Source of the DNA: Polyangiaceae bacterium
Lineage (GTDB): Bacteria > Myxococcota_A > Polyangia > Polyangiales > Polyangiaceae
NCBI GenBank assembly: GCA_965222375.1
Contig: CBDCTZ010000016.1
Location: 800,001 to 864,000 of the forward strand
Direction: 5' to 3'
DNA: 64,000 nucleotides
The notes under the pieces are model-generated. The model saw only the letters and a list, made by a program, of their open reading frames with translations. It was not told where the DNA came from and searched no databases. The position numbers and the translations under genes were made by a program. Below, piece by piece: positions 29,347 to 39,425 of the stretch (position 1 is its first letter; the number at the start of each line of letters is the position of its first letter).

Positions 29347-30216
29347 TCAGGCAGCCGTGGTGCTTGGCTCGGTCAGCGCATCCACCACAGCGCGGATCGC
29401 GGGTGAGTCGCTCAAAGCGGTTCGGGTCGCGCACCAGAGGCGCTGACTGCCTTTGAACCCCGGCAACGGAAAAGTCTGAAGTTCCTTCTCGACCACGGTG
29501 TATTCCGGGAGAATGGTCTGCCCAAGGCCCAGCATGACCAGCGACTTGAGAGTCTGGATGTGCGCGATTCGAATCGTGACATCCTCGGTCCAGGCGCGAT
29601 CTTCCATATAGTTCCAGACGGCATCGAAGAAGGGGTCCCCAGCCGGGCCGTAGGCAACCCAGTTCTTTGGCGTCGTGCCCCTCTGGCGGGTCACGCGCAC
29701 GGGCCGAACTGGCTGCAGCTCGATCACCTCCACGTCTTCAGTCGGTGGCTGACCGACCCCGAGGAGCAAGTCGAGATCACCGGCCGCAAGCTGGTCGGTC
29801 AAGCGATCCATCACGCCATACTCCAGCTCGATACGCAGCGCGCTGTGCTCGTGTCGCAGCTTCGGCAGACACGGTAGTAAGCGATACAGGGCTGCTGTCG
29901 GTAGCGAGCCGACGCGAACGATCCCGTGGAGCGAAGTCTCGTCGTGGCGCCCGAGATCGGCGATGCGTTGCAGGTGAGGCAACAGGCGATCGATTTCATC
30001 ACGCACCTGCCGCCCGAGGGGCGTCAGGTGTAGCCGGCGTCCGACTCGCTTCAGCAACGAAGCACCCAACTGATGCTCGAGCTGTCGCAGCCGCGTGCTG
30101 ATCGCCGGTTGGGTCCGGCCCAGCGCGGCGGCGGTCTTGGCGACCGTCCCCTCGGAAGCAAACGTCCTGAACGTCACCAGAAGCGCCAGGTCGAGACTCT
30201 GGAGTGTTCGATACAT
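29347..30216 (-). CDS. LysR-family transcriptional regulator
   Basis: TAAALGRTQPAISTRLRQLEHQLGASLLKRVGRRLHLTPLG. Confidence 0.95.
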   Translation of the reverse strand: MYRTLQSLDLALLVTFRTFASEGTVAKTAAALGRTQPAISTRLRQLEHQLGASLLKRVGRRLHLTPLGRQVRDEIDRLLPHLQRIADLGRHDETSLHGIVRVGSLPTAALYRLLPCLPKLRHEHSALRIELEYGVMDRLTDQLAAGDLDLLLGVGQPPTEDVEVIELQPVRPVRVTRQRGTTPKNWVAYGPAGDPFFDAVWNYMEDRAWTEDVTIRIAHIQTLKSLVMLGLGQTILPEYTVVEKELQTFPLPGFKGSQRLWCATRTALSDSPAIRAVVDALTEPSTTAA

Positions 30217-30229
30217 AAGTATTTCTTAT
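30215..30229. promoter_or_regulatory. LysR recognition site (T-N11-A palindrome)
   Basis: ATAAG-TATTT-CTTAT overlapping the lysR start codon in an AT-rich divergent intergenic region. Confidence 0.7.
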
Positions 30230-30312
30230 ATGTAAACCCACAAATATTTCAATTGAATCTAACTATTGCGGGCCTACTTTGCGCGCTGTCTTGCTTTCGG
30301 GAGGTTTGGGCG

Positions 30313-31194
30313 ATGAAAAAGCGGTCTTCGGTTGTGCTGGTGGTGTGCTTCGCGGTGGCCTGCGGCGGCAGCTCCGGCTCTGACGGGGCGATCAACCCTG
30401 ACGCCGGGTCTGGGGGCAACGGCGCAGGTGGCGTGTTTGGGGGTAGCGGTGGCATTGGCGGTACGGGCGGTGCAACCGGTGGTGCTGGCGGTACGGGCGG
30501 TGCAACCGGTGGTGCTGGCGGTACGGGTGGTGCAACCGGTGGTGCTGGCGGAGCAGCCGGCGGAGTTGGCGGAGCCACGGGAGGTGTTGGCGGTACCGGC
30601 GGTGCTGGCGGAGCGGCCGGCGGCGTTGGCGGAGCAACGGGCGGTGCTGGCGGCACGGGCGGAGCAACCGGCGGCGTGGGCGGAGCAGCTGGCGGCGCGG
30701 GCGGAGCAACGGGCGGCGCGGGCGGAGCAAGCGGCGGCGTTGGCGGAGCAACCGGTGGTGCTGGCGGGGCAACCGGCGGCGTGGGCGGAGCGACAGGCGG
30801 CACCGGAGGCGGTGCGGGCATTGCGTGTGGTGGCATCACGTGCAATGCGCCGGAGGCCTGTCTGATTTGCGATCCCGGTGGCACTCAGTCCCCGAAAAAG
30901 TGCACGCAACCATTCCAGGACACCTGCCCGACTTTCCCCAACCTGTTCATGTACTGCGATGACCACGGCGACTGTCCGGCGAAGGAGCAGTGCTTCATCA
31001 TCGAAGGCAGCATCGGTACCTACGGCCAGTGCTTCAAGCCCTCGGCTTGCCACAACACCTGCTCCTGCGGTGCCGGCTCCTTCACCATGGTCTGTGACAC
31101 TCTCAGTGACTGCCCAGCCTGCGCCACCGGCTGCAAGCCGTACAAGCAATTCGGCCAGGGGCCTGAGTTCCCAGTGAAGGTCTGTACCTGGTGA
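30313..31194 (+). CDS. lipoprotein with long Gly/Ala/Thr repeat linker and Cys-rich C-terminal domain
   Basis: GAGG RBS-like motif, lipobox AVAC, GGAGGTGGAT repeats. Confidence 0.82.
   Translation: MKKRSSVVLVVCFAVACGGSSGSDGAINPDAGSGGNGAGGVFGGSGGIGGTGGATGGAGGTGGATGGAGGTGGATGGAGGAAGGVGGATGGVGGTGGAGGAAGGVGGATGGAGGTGGATGGVGGAAGGAGGATGGAGGASGGVGGATGGAGGATGGVGGATGGTGGGAGIACGGITCNAPEACLICDPGGTQSPKKCTQPFQDTCPTFPNLFMYCDDHGDCPAKEQCFIIEGSIGTYGQCFKPSACHNTCSCGAGSFTMVCDTLSDCPACATGCKPYKQFGQGPEFPVKVCTW
30448..30820 (+). repeat. intragenic Gly-rich tandem repeats (30-nt and 21-nt units)
   Basis: ggtggtgctggcggtacgggcggtgcaacc-type units, progressively degenerate. Confidence 0.8.
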
Positions 31195-31850
31195 CCCAGG
31201 GCACCGGTTTCACGAGCTACTCCGCCCCGATGGTAACCGGCATCATTGCTGACGTTCACGAAGGAAATCCGTCAGTCAAGCACTGGCCTGGCGTTGTCAT
31301 GGCTGGTCTCATGGCAACTGCGGACGAGAACACGGATGAAAACCTGGGCAACGCTTGGCCCTTGAGCCTGCATGATGCCGTCGACGACTCGGACGGGGCC
31401 GGCCTGGCCAACGGCTTCTGGGCGGCGTTTGCCCTCGCGGGCAATGCAAAGCGAAACGGTGGCGATCCGGCCGCAAGTCTGGGACACGACTTTGGCCACA
31501 TCTATCCCACAACCACACCCGCGCAGTCGTTCTACTCCGAGACTTGGAATGCATCGGTGGCCAGCGGTGCGAGGCTTCGGGCCACATCCGTGCTGCTAAC
31601 TGCACCCACGTGCCCGAATCCGCTCTCGTGGGACACTTGCACCGGCACCACCTACCCACTGTACTTCTTGGCTATCTACGACAGTGTGGGCACGCTGGTG
31701 TCGCTATCGATGAACACCAACAACAACTACCAAGTCGTCAACGTCTTGAACAGCTCGGGGCAAACCGCCAACTATACACTCAGGATCTACCTTGCGAACT
31801 GGAGTGGGCTGAACATCGTCGAGTACGGTTTGGCCTGGACTTCGCTATGA
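31191..31850 (+). pseudogene. C-terminal fragment of a subtilisin-like (S8) protease
   Basis: Begins at the catalytic-Ser motif GFTSYSAPMVTG; in-frame stop at 31164 upstream, so the Asp/His motifs are absent. Confidence 0.65.
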
Positions 31851-32467
31851 CGGAGGCAAGCATGTTACGTCGTTCTGTCGCGCATGCGGCAGCATTGGCT
31901 TCTCTCTTGGGACTCGTCGACTGCGCCAGCGATAACAAGGTGCCGAAGGGTGCCGCAGGCGGCGGAGGCGTAACGCAAGATGCTGCGGGTGGAGGAAGCA
32001 CAGCGGATGCCACCTCGGAAGGCGGGGCTGGGGGTGGTGTGACGGATGCCACTGCGGACGCATCGAGTGACGCGAGTTCCGACTCGGATTCCGGTTGTCA
32101 GTATCTGAATCCCGAGTGCTGTGGTGTGAAGTACGAGCTAGGCGTGGATGCGGATGCGACTGGGCTTTGCGAGCCTGCGGAAGCGCTCGGTTGCAACTGC
32201 CTGGAGTTTCATGCGGGCAGTGTCGAATGTGCGCCCGATGGTTCGGTGTGCTGTCACTCCGCCAACCAGTGCAACCCCAAGCCACAGTGCGGCTGGGTAG
32301 ATTGCGGACAAGGAGGCCAACGCTTGCCAAGTTGCCCGGCTAGCCAAGAGGTGTTCGACAAAGCTAGCCAACAGGGACTGTGTCAGCCGTGCACGAAGGA
32401 CTCGCACTGCTCTGGCGGCAAGACGTGTTCGTGGAGGCTTGGCGATAGGATGTTCTGCCAGCCCTGA
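31847..32467 (+). CDS. Cys-rich secreted protein or lipoprotein
   Basis: Signal peptide, DAAGG/DASSD linker, Cys-rich domain; ATGA overlap. Confidence 0.75.
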   Translation: MTEASMLRRSVAHAAALASLLGLVDCASDNKVPKGAAGGGGVTQDAAGGGSTADATSEGGAGGGVTDATADASSDASSDSDSGCQYLNPECCGVKYELGVDADATGLCEPAEALGCNCLEFHAGSVECAPDGSVCCHSANQCNPKPQCGWVDCGQGGQRLPSCPASQEVFDKASQQGLCQPCTKDSHCSGGKTCSWRLGDRMFCQP

Positions 32468-32681
32468 AGCAGCACCTCTTCTGAACCCCTCGCACTTCGG
32501 AGACGGTCGGATGCCCGGGTCCGGTGTGAAATCGAAGTACCGCGCACGGCGCGACGGGAAACGCCTGGCCAGCGTGTGTGTCGCGATGGCGCAGCGCATG
32601 AAGACGCGCGAGATTAGTGATGCAGAGTGGTCCAGGGGCGCGACCCCCAAAACCAAAAGTCGAGCTGATGGGGATTGGGGG

Positions 32682-34049
32682 TTAGGGGTTGAATAGGAGT
32701 TTGGCTTGGCGGCGATCGGGTTTGCCCAGGGCGTTGCGAGGAATGGCGTCGACCACTAGATGCTCGCGCGGTTTCTTGAAACTCGCCAGACGCGTAGCAG
32801 ACGCTTCGAGCACGCTTTGGGGGTCTGTAGCAGGGGCGAGCACGAAGAGTGCTGCAACGCGTTGGCCGTAATGGGCGTCGCGGAGGCCGAGCACCATCAC
32901 GTCGAGGACCCTTGGATCCGCCGCGAGTACGCCTTCGACCTCGGCGGGGTGAACGTTCTCGCCGCCGGTGATGATCACGTCATCGCTGCGACCCAGGACG
33001 TGGAGGCGTCCGGCTGCGTCCAGGTGACCCAGATCTCGGGTGTCGAACCAGGCCTCGGGTACCATGGGAGGCTCGCCCACGTAGCCACGCATGCGCATGG
33101 GGCCGCGTAGCTGGATCCGTCCGGGTTGGTTTGGGACTTCGGTGCGGATTCGAATCTCCACGCCGTCGAGAGCGAAGCCCGAATCATCGAGTTCGGGGTC
33201 GAAAGCGTCTTGCGGTCGCTGGGTGGTCACCTGGGAGGCCATCTCCGTACAGCCATAGCTGGCCAGTAGGCGCAGTTCGCGAGCGTGCGCTCTCCGACGT
33301 AGCGCGCTGGGCAAAGGCGCTCCTCCGACCAGAATGACCCGCAGGCGGCGCAGCACGCCGCGGGCGTCGTGGCGCATCAAACTATCGAGCATTGCTGGAA
33401 CGACGGACAGCAGCGTGGCGCGATGTTCCGAAATGGCGCTGAGCACCTCGTCGGGATCGAAGCGCTCGAGGAGCACGATGGGCATACGCGCCAGCAGGCA
33501 GCGTGTGACGATGGACAACCCGCCGGCGTGCGCGAGGGACATGCACAAGAGCCAACGATCGTCATCGTAGTAACCGAGGTTCTTCTCGCTGGCCCGCGCA
33601 GATGCCTGCAGTGCGCCGTGACCGATGATCGCGAGCTTGGGCGGTCCGCTGCTGCCCGAGGTGGCCAGCAAGACGGCGCGACGCTCGTGGCAGCCGCTGG
33701 CCACTTCGACCAGCTGCGCGGCTTCGGCATCGCTCAGGCGCGGGTGAAGGGGAAGGAAGGTGGTCTGTGTTTCGAGGGCCGCCAAGACCGATGCGATCGT
33801 TTCCACACTTGCAGGTGCTCGGAAATGCCGCACGCCGCTTTGGCTTTGGCTTTGGCTTTGGCTTTGGCTTTGGCTTTGGCTTTGGCTTTGGCTTTGTCGT
33901 GGCGTTAGCTGTCGCACCAAGGCGTGGAGCTCTGCGAAGGTCAGGGTCACGCTGCCGGTGACGATTGCGGCCTGGTTGGGCTGCTGTCGCGCGGCGGCGC
34001 TCAGGCTCCATTCAGGGTCGACGGGGTTGCTCAGGTCCGCGAAGGCCAT
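32682..34049 (-). CDS. menE: o-succinylbenzoate-CoA ligase
   Basis: TSGSSGPPK, HAGGLSI, SYGCTEMASQ, GRSDDVIITGGENVHP, LGKPDR; last gene of the men operon. Confidence 0.9.
   Translation of the reverse strand: MAFADLSNPVDPEWSLSAAARQQPNQAAIVTGSVTLTFAELHALVRQLTPRQSQSQSQSQSQSQSQSQSQSGVRHFRAPASVETIASVLAALETQTTFLPLHPRLSDAEAAQLVEVASGCHERRAVLLATSGSSGPPKLAIIGHGALQASARASEKNLGYYDDDRWLLCMSLAHAGGLSIVTRCLLARMPIVLLERFDPDEVLSAISEHRATLLSVVPAMLDSLMRHDARGVLRRLRVILVGGAPLPSALRRRAHARELRLLASYGCTEMASQVTTQRPQDAFDPELDDSGFALDGVEIRIRTEVPNQPGRIQLRGPMRMRGYVGEPPMVPEAWFDTRDLGHLDAAGRLHVLGRSDDVIITGGENVHPAEVEGVLAADPRVLDVMVLGLRDAHYGQRVAALFVLAPATDPQSVLEASATRLASFKKPREHLVVDAIPRNALGKPDRRQAKLLFNP
33837..33896. repeat. (GCTTTG)10 hexanucleotide microsatellite inside menE
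   Basis: Ten perfect copies; encodes (Gln-Ser)10 in frame. Confidence 0.95.
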
Positions 34050-35119
34050 ACCCATTCCGGCAGCTCGACTCCAAGGCCCACATTGCTCGTGGCTTCGACT
34101 TGTAGCTGCTCGTCGGCGGGTGCCGAATTGGGCAACTGTGCAACGTGGGCGGGGGGAAAGGCGCTGAGCGCGGCGTGCAGGTCGAGCCCGTGGGCTCCGG
34201 CGCTGGGCGAGGCAAGCGCCAGGGCGAGCTCGCAGCAAGCTGCAAGGGCGACGGGACCTTCGAAGGCATGGGTCACGACGAGCTGCTTGCCTGCGCTCCG
34301 GGCCTCCGCTGCCAGTGCCCAGCTTTGCTGCACACCACCGAGCAAGCTCGGCTTGATCACGAAGCCTGCTGCCGCCGGCTCTTCGAGCAGCGCCTTGCGT
34401 AGCCTGGGGTTGGCCAACGACTCGTCGACGAACCACGGCACTGCGCAGGCGCCGAGCTCGAGCAAGTCGACGCCCCGAGCGGGCTCCTCCACCAATTCGA
34501 TTTCGGCGCGTGCGTAGTGATCGAGGGCGCGCCGCGCGCCGTCGGCGTTCAAGCTGCCGTTGAGGTCGAGACGAATCCGTAGTGCAACCTCCAGACTGCG
34601 ACGCATCTCGATGATTCGTGCGCTTTCGTTCGCGGGGTCTTTTCCTGTTGCCTTGAATTTCAGACTACGCGCGCCGCGCGCCGTAGCGTTGGCCGCACGG
34701 CGGACGTGATCGGGATCGTCGATGTGGCCAACCAAGATGGAGCGCTCGGCGTTACGACGGCGGCCAAGGAGCGAACCGAACGCCTCGCCCCTCTGGCGCG
34801 CAGCCGCATCGAGCAGCGCCGTTTCCGTTGCGAAACGAGCACTTGGCGACTTCAAATCCTGCTTGCCGCACCAATCTGCCGCCTCGTCGAGACTACGTGG
34901 CACGGATGTCGGCGCGGCGAGATCGTGCAACTCTTTGGCGGCGTCGTGCAAACTCTCCGCGCTCAAATGGGGGAGCGGCGATGCTTCACCAAGTCCGACC
35001 AGTGCATCGCCGTCGAAGAGCCCGAGCAGCACGCCGCGTCGCTGCGACCAGGTGTGGCGAGCGCTGATGGCCCCCTGGGTCGCGCCGCCGATCGGCGCTA
35101 CGCACCAGCGCAGCGTCAC
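34031..35119 (-). CDS. menC: o-succinylbenzoate synthase
   Basis: GEASPLP, KFK, RLDLNG, EEP, DES, VIKP enolase-superfamily motifs; operon context. Confidence 0.9.
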   Translation of the reverse strand: MTLRWCVAPIGGATQGAISARHTWSQRRGVLLGLFDGDALVGLGEASPLPHLSAESLHDAAKELHDLAAPTSVPRSLDEAADWCGKQDLKSPSARFATETALLDAAARQRGEAFGSLLGRRRNAERSILVGHIDDPDHVRRAANATARGARSLKFKATGKDPANESARIIEMRRSLEVALRIRLDLNGSLNADGARRALDHYARAEIELVEEPARGVDLLELGACAVPWFVDESLANPRLRKALLEEPAAAGFVIKPSLLGGVQQSWALAAEARSAGKQLVVTHAFEGPVALAACCELALALASPSAGAHGLDLHAALSAFPPAHVAQLPNSAPADEQLQVEATSNVGLGVELPEWVWPSRT

Positions 35120-36052
35120 TCAACCTCCCCAAGCGATAGCCACCGCGAGTAGAGCACTCGTGGCCAACAGCAGGCGGGCGGTCGCTGGTAGCAGTGGGTT
35201 GAGCGCACGCCCTTCGGACGCTGCCATTCGGCGAGCCAGGGCAACCGCAAAGGGCAGTGGCAGTAGGCTCAGCAATACGCCCGGGCCGGCGAGGTCGAGG
35301 GCGAGCATCGCGATGGGTGAGCCGTAGGCCACCGCGATCAGCCCGGCGTATTCGAAGTTGGCGACGCGACGCCCGTACCGCACCACCAGGGTGCGCTTGC
35401 CTGCGCGCGAATCCGTTCGGTGGTCTCTGGCGTTGTTGACGACCAAGACCGCGGTGGCGAGGGCACCCACCGGCAACGCGGCCAGCCACGCAGCCGTGGG
35501 AACGGAGCCGCTAGCGACGAAGGCGGTGCCACATACGGCGACCAAGCCGAAAAACACGAACACGAAAAGGTCGCCCAGGCCGTTGTAGCCCAGTGGGTAA
35601 GGGCCGCCCGTGTAGGCGATGCCGCTAAGGATGGACGCCAGGCCAATGGCCACGATGATCGGCCCCGAAAGGTAGACCAGCCAAGCGCCGGCGACAGTGG
35701 CAAGGGCAAAGCTCACGATCATGCCGGCGCGCACTGCACGCGGTGACAGCAGGCCGCTCTGTACGGCGCGGGGCGGCCCTAGGCGCTGCTCGTCGTCGGC
35801 GCCCTTTTCGAAATCGAACACGTCGTTGGCGAAGTTAGTCCCGATCTGGATCAGCAACGCGCCGAGCAGGGCTGCCACCACGGCGGCATAGCGCAAGCTC
35901 CCTGCTGCGGACGCGACCGCCGCGCCAACCACGACGGGCGCGACGGCCACCGGCAGCGTTTGGGGGCGCGCTGCGAGGACCCACACGCCCAGGGAACCTG
36001 GACTGGGCAGCTCTGGACTCAGCGCCGCCCTCAAACTGGCCTGCTTTGCCAT
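35120..36052 (-). CDS. menA: 1,4-dihydroxy-2-naphthoate polyprenyltransferase
   Basis: [47 protein letters not shown]. Confidence 0.95.
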   Translation of the reverse strand: MAKQASLRAALSPELPSPGSLGVWVLAARPQTLPVAVAPVVVGAAVASAAGSLRYAAVVAALLGALLIQIGTNFANDVFDFEKGADDEQRLGPPRAVQSGLLSPRAVRAGMIVSFALATVAGAWLVYLSGPIIVAIGLASILSGIAYTGGPYPLGYNGLGDLFVFVFFGLVAVCGTAFVASGSVPTAAWLAALPVGALATAVLVVNNARDHRTDSRAGKRTLVVRYGRRVANFEYAGLIAVAYGSPIAMLALDLAGPGVLLSLLPLPFAVALARRMAASEGRALNPLLPATARLLLATSALLAVAIAWGG

Positions 36053-36062
36053 GCCGACTCTC

Positions 36063-36884
36063 TCAGGGCAGCCGTGGGAATTTGGCAAAGTCGGGTGGAC
36101 GCTTTTCCAAGAAGGCGTTCTTTCCTTCCTGGCCTTCTTCCGTCATGTAGAAGAGCAACGTGGCGTTGCCGGCCAACTCCTGCAGCCCAGCTTGACCATC
36201 GCAGTCAGCGTTCAAAGACGCCTTCAAGCAGCGCAGTGCCAACGGGCTGTTGTTCAGGATCTCCCGACACCACGCGACGGTCTCCTCTTCCAGTTGGTCG
36301 AGGGGAACCACTCGGTTGACGAGGCCCATCTCCAGGGCTTCTTGCGCTGGGTATTGGCGACACAGGAACCAGATCTCCCGGGCTTTTTTCTGGCCCACGA
36401 TGCGCGCCATGTAGGAAGCGCCGTAGCCGCCATCGAAACTGCCGACCTTCGGCCCGGTCTGGCCGAAGCGGGCGTTGTCCGCGGCGATGGTCAGGTCGCA
36501 CACCAAGTGCAGCACGTGTCCACCGCCAATTGCGTAGCCTGCAACCATGGCGATTACAGGTTTGGGCAAGGTTCGGATCTGCCGTTGCAGGTCCAATACG
36601 TTGAGGCGAGGAACGCCGTCGCTGCCTACGTAGCCCGCATGACCTCGGACGCGCTGATCGCCACCGGAACAAAACGCTTCCCCACCGGCGCCACACAGGA
36701 TGACCACGCCGACGTAGGAGTCGTCCCGGGCATCGGCGAAGGCGTGGGTCATTTCCTTGACGGTCTGGGGGCGAAACGCGTTGCGGACTTCGGCGCGGTT
36801 GATGGTGATCTTCGCGATCCCTTCAGCCTTTTCGTAGATGATGTCTTCGAAGCCGGGGACGCGTTCATATTGAGGCAAGGTCAT
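36063..36884 (-). CDS. menB: 1,4-dihydroxy-2-naphthoyl-CoA synthase
   Basis: [47 protein letters not shown]. Confidence 0.98.
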   Translation of the reverse strand: MTLPQYERVPGFEDIIYEKAEGIAKITINRAEVRNAFRPQTVKEMTHAFADARDDSYVGVVILCGAGGEAFCSGGDQRVRGHAGYVGSDGVPRLNVLDLQRQIRTLPKPVIAMVAGYAIGGGHVLHLVCDLTIAADNARFGQTGPKVGSFDGGYGASYMARIVGQKKAREIWFLCRQYPAQEALEMGLVNRVVPLDQLEEETVAWCREILNNSPLALRCLKASLNADCDGQAGLQELAGNATLLFYMTEEGQEGKNAFLEKRPPDFAKFPRLP

Positions 36885-37677
36885 GTCTGGGGTCTCCTTG
36901 GGTCATGAATTGGCGAAGGCTCTGATCACAGAACTTCGCTAGGGGTCCTGGCGCCTCCAACAACACGTTGTGGCCAGCGCCTTCGATTGCGAAAGCTCTT
37001 GCGCTGGGGATCTGTCTGGCTGCCTGCTGGCCGCGCGCGACGTAGGCGGGGTCCAAGCTGCCGGCCACGAAGTGCACCGGCAGCCGCGCCGATGCGAGGC
37101 GCGAGGCGAGGTCTGGCATGGCGCCGCTTCCGAGCTCCGACATTGCGTTTCGGATCCCGGCCTCCTCGTGGCTGAGGCGGAGCTCCCGTTGCTCCGCTCT
37201 GACGTCGTGGGGCAAGCGTGCTTGGGATGCGAAGAGCGGGAGTGCCTCCCAGTGGTTGACGAAGCCTTCGAGGCCACATCGATCCAGGGTCTCGACCTGG
37301 GCTACTTCCCACTGCAGCTTCTCCCGGCGAGCCGCCGGGGAAAACCCCGGATGAGCGCCTATCGCCACGACACCCAGCACCCGCTGCGGAAAGTGTGCGG
37401 CGAGTCCGAGGGCGATGCGGCCGCCCATGGAGTATCCGATGACGTAGCTGGGCTTCTCGAACTCAGCGGCCAGCTCGCACAGGTTGCCCTGGAAGCCAAC
37501 CTGAACCCTTCGAGCAGGCCGGCCGTGTCCGGGCAGTGTCAGGGCTAGGACTTGCCCCGGGTATTCCTGTCGGCGAAGGAAGCGTCGCCAGGAGGCGGGC
37601 GCACCCAGCATGCCGTGAAGCAGTACGACGGGTGGGCGCAGGCGCTGTCGAGATGGGCGCAAGACCTGAGCGCTCAT
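36865..37677 (-). CDS. menH: SHCHC synthase (alpha/beta hydrolase)
   Basis: [28 protein letters not shown]; lies between menD and menB. Confidence 0.9.
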   Translation of the reverse strand: MSAQVLRPSRQRLRPPVVLLHGMLGAPASWRRFLRRQEYPGQVLALTLPGHGRPARRVQVGFQGNLCELAAEFEKPSYVIGYSMGGRIALGLAAHFPQRVLGVVAIGAHPGFSPAARREKLQWEVAQVETLDRCGLEGFVNHWEALPLFASQARLPHDVRAEQRELRLSHEEAGIRNAMSELGSGAMPDLASRLASARLPVHFVAGSLDPAYVARGQQAARQIPSARAFAIEGAGHNVLLEAPGPLAKFCDQSLRQFMTQGDPRHDLASI

Positions 37678-39425
37678 GATCTGGCTCCCGGCTGCTGTGG
37701 CGACGCGCTGCTTGCGACCGCGCTCGCCTTGGCGGGGATCATGACTTCGAGCACGGTCGTGCTGGCGGTTGCGCAGGCGTCGGCGAGGGCGCGGCTCAGA
37801 GCGGTAGACGAGTCGGCCCGCTGGTGGGCAACGCCAAAGGCCGCGCACGTGCCTGCGAGAAAACTGGGCGGCGGCGTAACAAACAAGGATTCGAGAGCTT
37901 GCTTCGAGATCTGCTGCGCGACGGGCAGTTGTTCGAAGATGCGGCCACCGCCGTTGTTCACCACCAAGAGCACGAGCGGGCCCGCCGACTGCGCCGCAAG
38001 CGCGAGAGAGCCGACATCGTGCAGGGCACTGACGTCGCCAAGCATGGCGACAACCGGTTCGTCGGTCGGCGTGACCGAACGCGCCCCTGCCGCTCCCGCT
38101 ATGAGCCCATCGATGCCGCTAGCCCCGCGCTGATGAAGCACGCTCAGCTCTGCGCTGCTGCGGCCACCGTAGCGGTCCACATCGCGCACGACCTGGCTAT
38201 TGCCGAGGAAGAGCGTCGTGCCGCTTTGCAGCGCGCTGGTCACCAGTCGCGCGACCTGGGGCTCGGACAGAATCGCACTTGGCGGCGGCCCCTCCGCCCG
38301 CGTCGCCAGCTCAACGACGTGTTCACGGTAACCGGCGTTCGCCGAGTCCCGCATCCGTCCAGCGAGCGCCTGGAAGAGCTCGGAGGCGTCCGCCAAGACG
38401 ACGTCAGTCGCGCAGCTGGTTGGATCCGCGATCCCGTGGGGCGCAACGACTATCTGAGGACTGCGGGGTGAGGCGTTGCTGGCGCGCTGCCAAGCGGCGG
38501 ATATCGGCGGCGCGCCGAGGCGAATCACGAGCTGCGGTGGCATCGTGGCAAACAAGTCGGCCAGCCACGCGTCCAGGCCGCCCACAGCTAGGCCGCTCAG
38601 CTCGGGCCCGTGTAAAAGGTCGCTGGCGGCTTCTGCGGCAAAAGCGAATCCGGAGCTCCGCAGAAATCCAGCCAGTGCCCGTCGCAAACGGCGCGATGAC
38701 TCCGACTTGGATTCGGCGGTTGCCCAGGCTGGTCCGGCCACGACCAAGCCGCGGCTCGTTGAACCTGCAAGGTCGGCGACATGATCTATGGCGGCCGGAG
38801 ACGGCTGAAGTCTGCCAATGGAAGTGGTTGGCACACTGGATTCGAAAAGAGCGCGCAGCTGGGGGCGCCAGCTTTCGTCTCCCGCTGAAGCTATGGGTTC
38901 GAGGGGCTTGCGAAAGCGGGCGTTGATGTGCACTGGCCCACTCACGGGAAACTGCGTTTTCAGGACGCTCTGCACCGCGATGCGCGGTAGCGCTCGCAAG
39001 GCCTCGGGCGTCGGTTCTCCGAGTTCGAAGAAGCCCCGGACGTGGTGCCCGAAGAGCTTGGTCTGATCCACGGTTTGGTTGGCTTGGGACTGGGTGAGCT
39101 CCCAGGGGCGGTCGGCGGTCACCGCGATCAGAGGCAGGTGGGCGCGCTCGGCTTCGATCACTGCTGGCAAGTAGTGAGCCCCCGCAGTTCCAGAGGTGCA
39201 CAGCAGCAGACTGGGTTTTCCAGTCACGCGAGCTTGGCCGAGGGCGAAGAAGGCAGCGCTGCGCTCATCCACGGACGTGGTCACACGCACCCCGCCGCTG
39301 TCGAAGGCAGCCAGCGCGAGCGGCGTGGAGCGCGAACCCGGGCTGGCGATCACTTCGCTGACCCCAGCGCCAGCAAGCGCGTGCACGAACAGGCGCGCCC
39401 ACTCACTCTGCAGGTCTCGATTCAT
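37674..39425 (-). CDS. menD: SEPHCHC synthase
   Basis: SPGSRSTPL, DERSAAFFALG, CTSGTA, ADRP, QRGASGIDG, GDVSALHD, NNGGGRIF. Confidence 0.97.
   Translation of the reverse strand: MNRDLQSEWARLFVHALAGAGVSEVIASPGSRSTPLALAAFDSGGVRVTTSVDERSAAFFALGQARVTGKPSLLLCTSGTAGAHYLPAVIEAERAHLPLIAVTADRPWELTQSQANQTVDQTKLFGHHVRGFFELGEPTPEALRALPRIAVQSVLKTQFPVSGPVHINARFRKPLEPIASAGDESWRPQLRALFESSVPTTSIGRLQPSPAAIDHVADLAGSTSRGLVVAGPAWATAESKSESSRRLRRALAGFLRSSGFAFAAEAASDLLHGPELSGLAVGGLDAWLADLFATMPPQLVIRLGAPPISAAWQRASNASPRSPQIVVAPHGIADPTSCATDVVLADASELFQALAGRMRDSANAGYREHVVELATRAEGPPPSAILSEPQVARLVTSALQSGTTLFLGNSQVVRDVDRYGGRSSAELSVLHQRGASGIDGLIAGAAGARSVTPTDEPVVAMLGDVSALHDVGSLALAAQSAGPLVLLVVNNGGGRIFEQLPVAQQISKQALESLFVTPPPSFLAGTCAAFGVAHQRADSSTALSRALADACATASTTVLEVMIPAKASAVASSASPQQPGARS

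Noticed and set aside
32468..32681. Possible transposon or REP remnant downstream of menE (GGGGCGCGACCCC hairpin, short ORF)
   Set aside because: No recognisable transposase motif, terminal repeats or second copy in the window
34050..34436. Extended N-terminus of MenE (584-aa ORF call)
   Set aside because: Overlaps the menC coding region in another frame; ATG at 34049 or 34055 gives a typical MenE length
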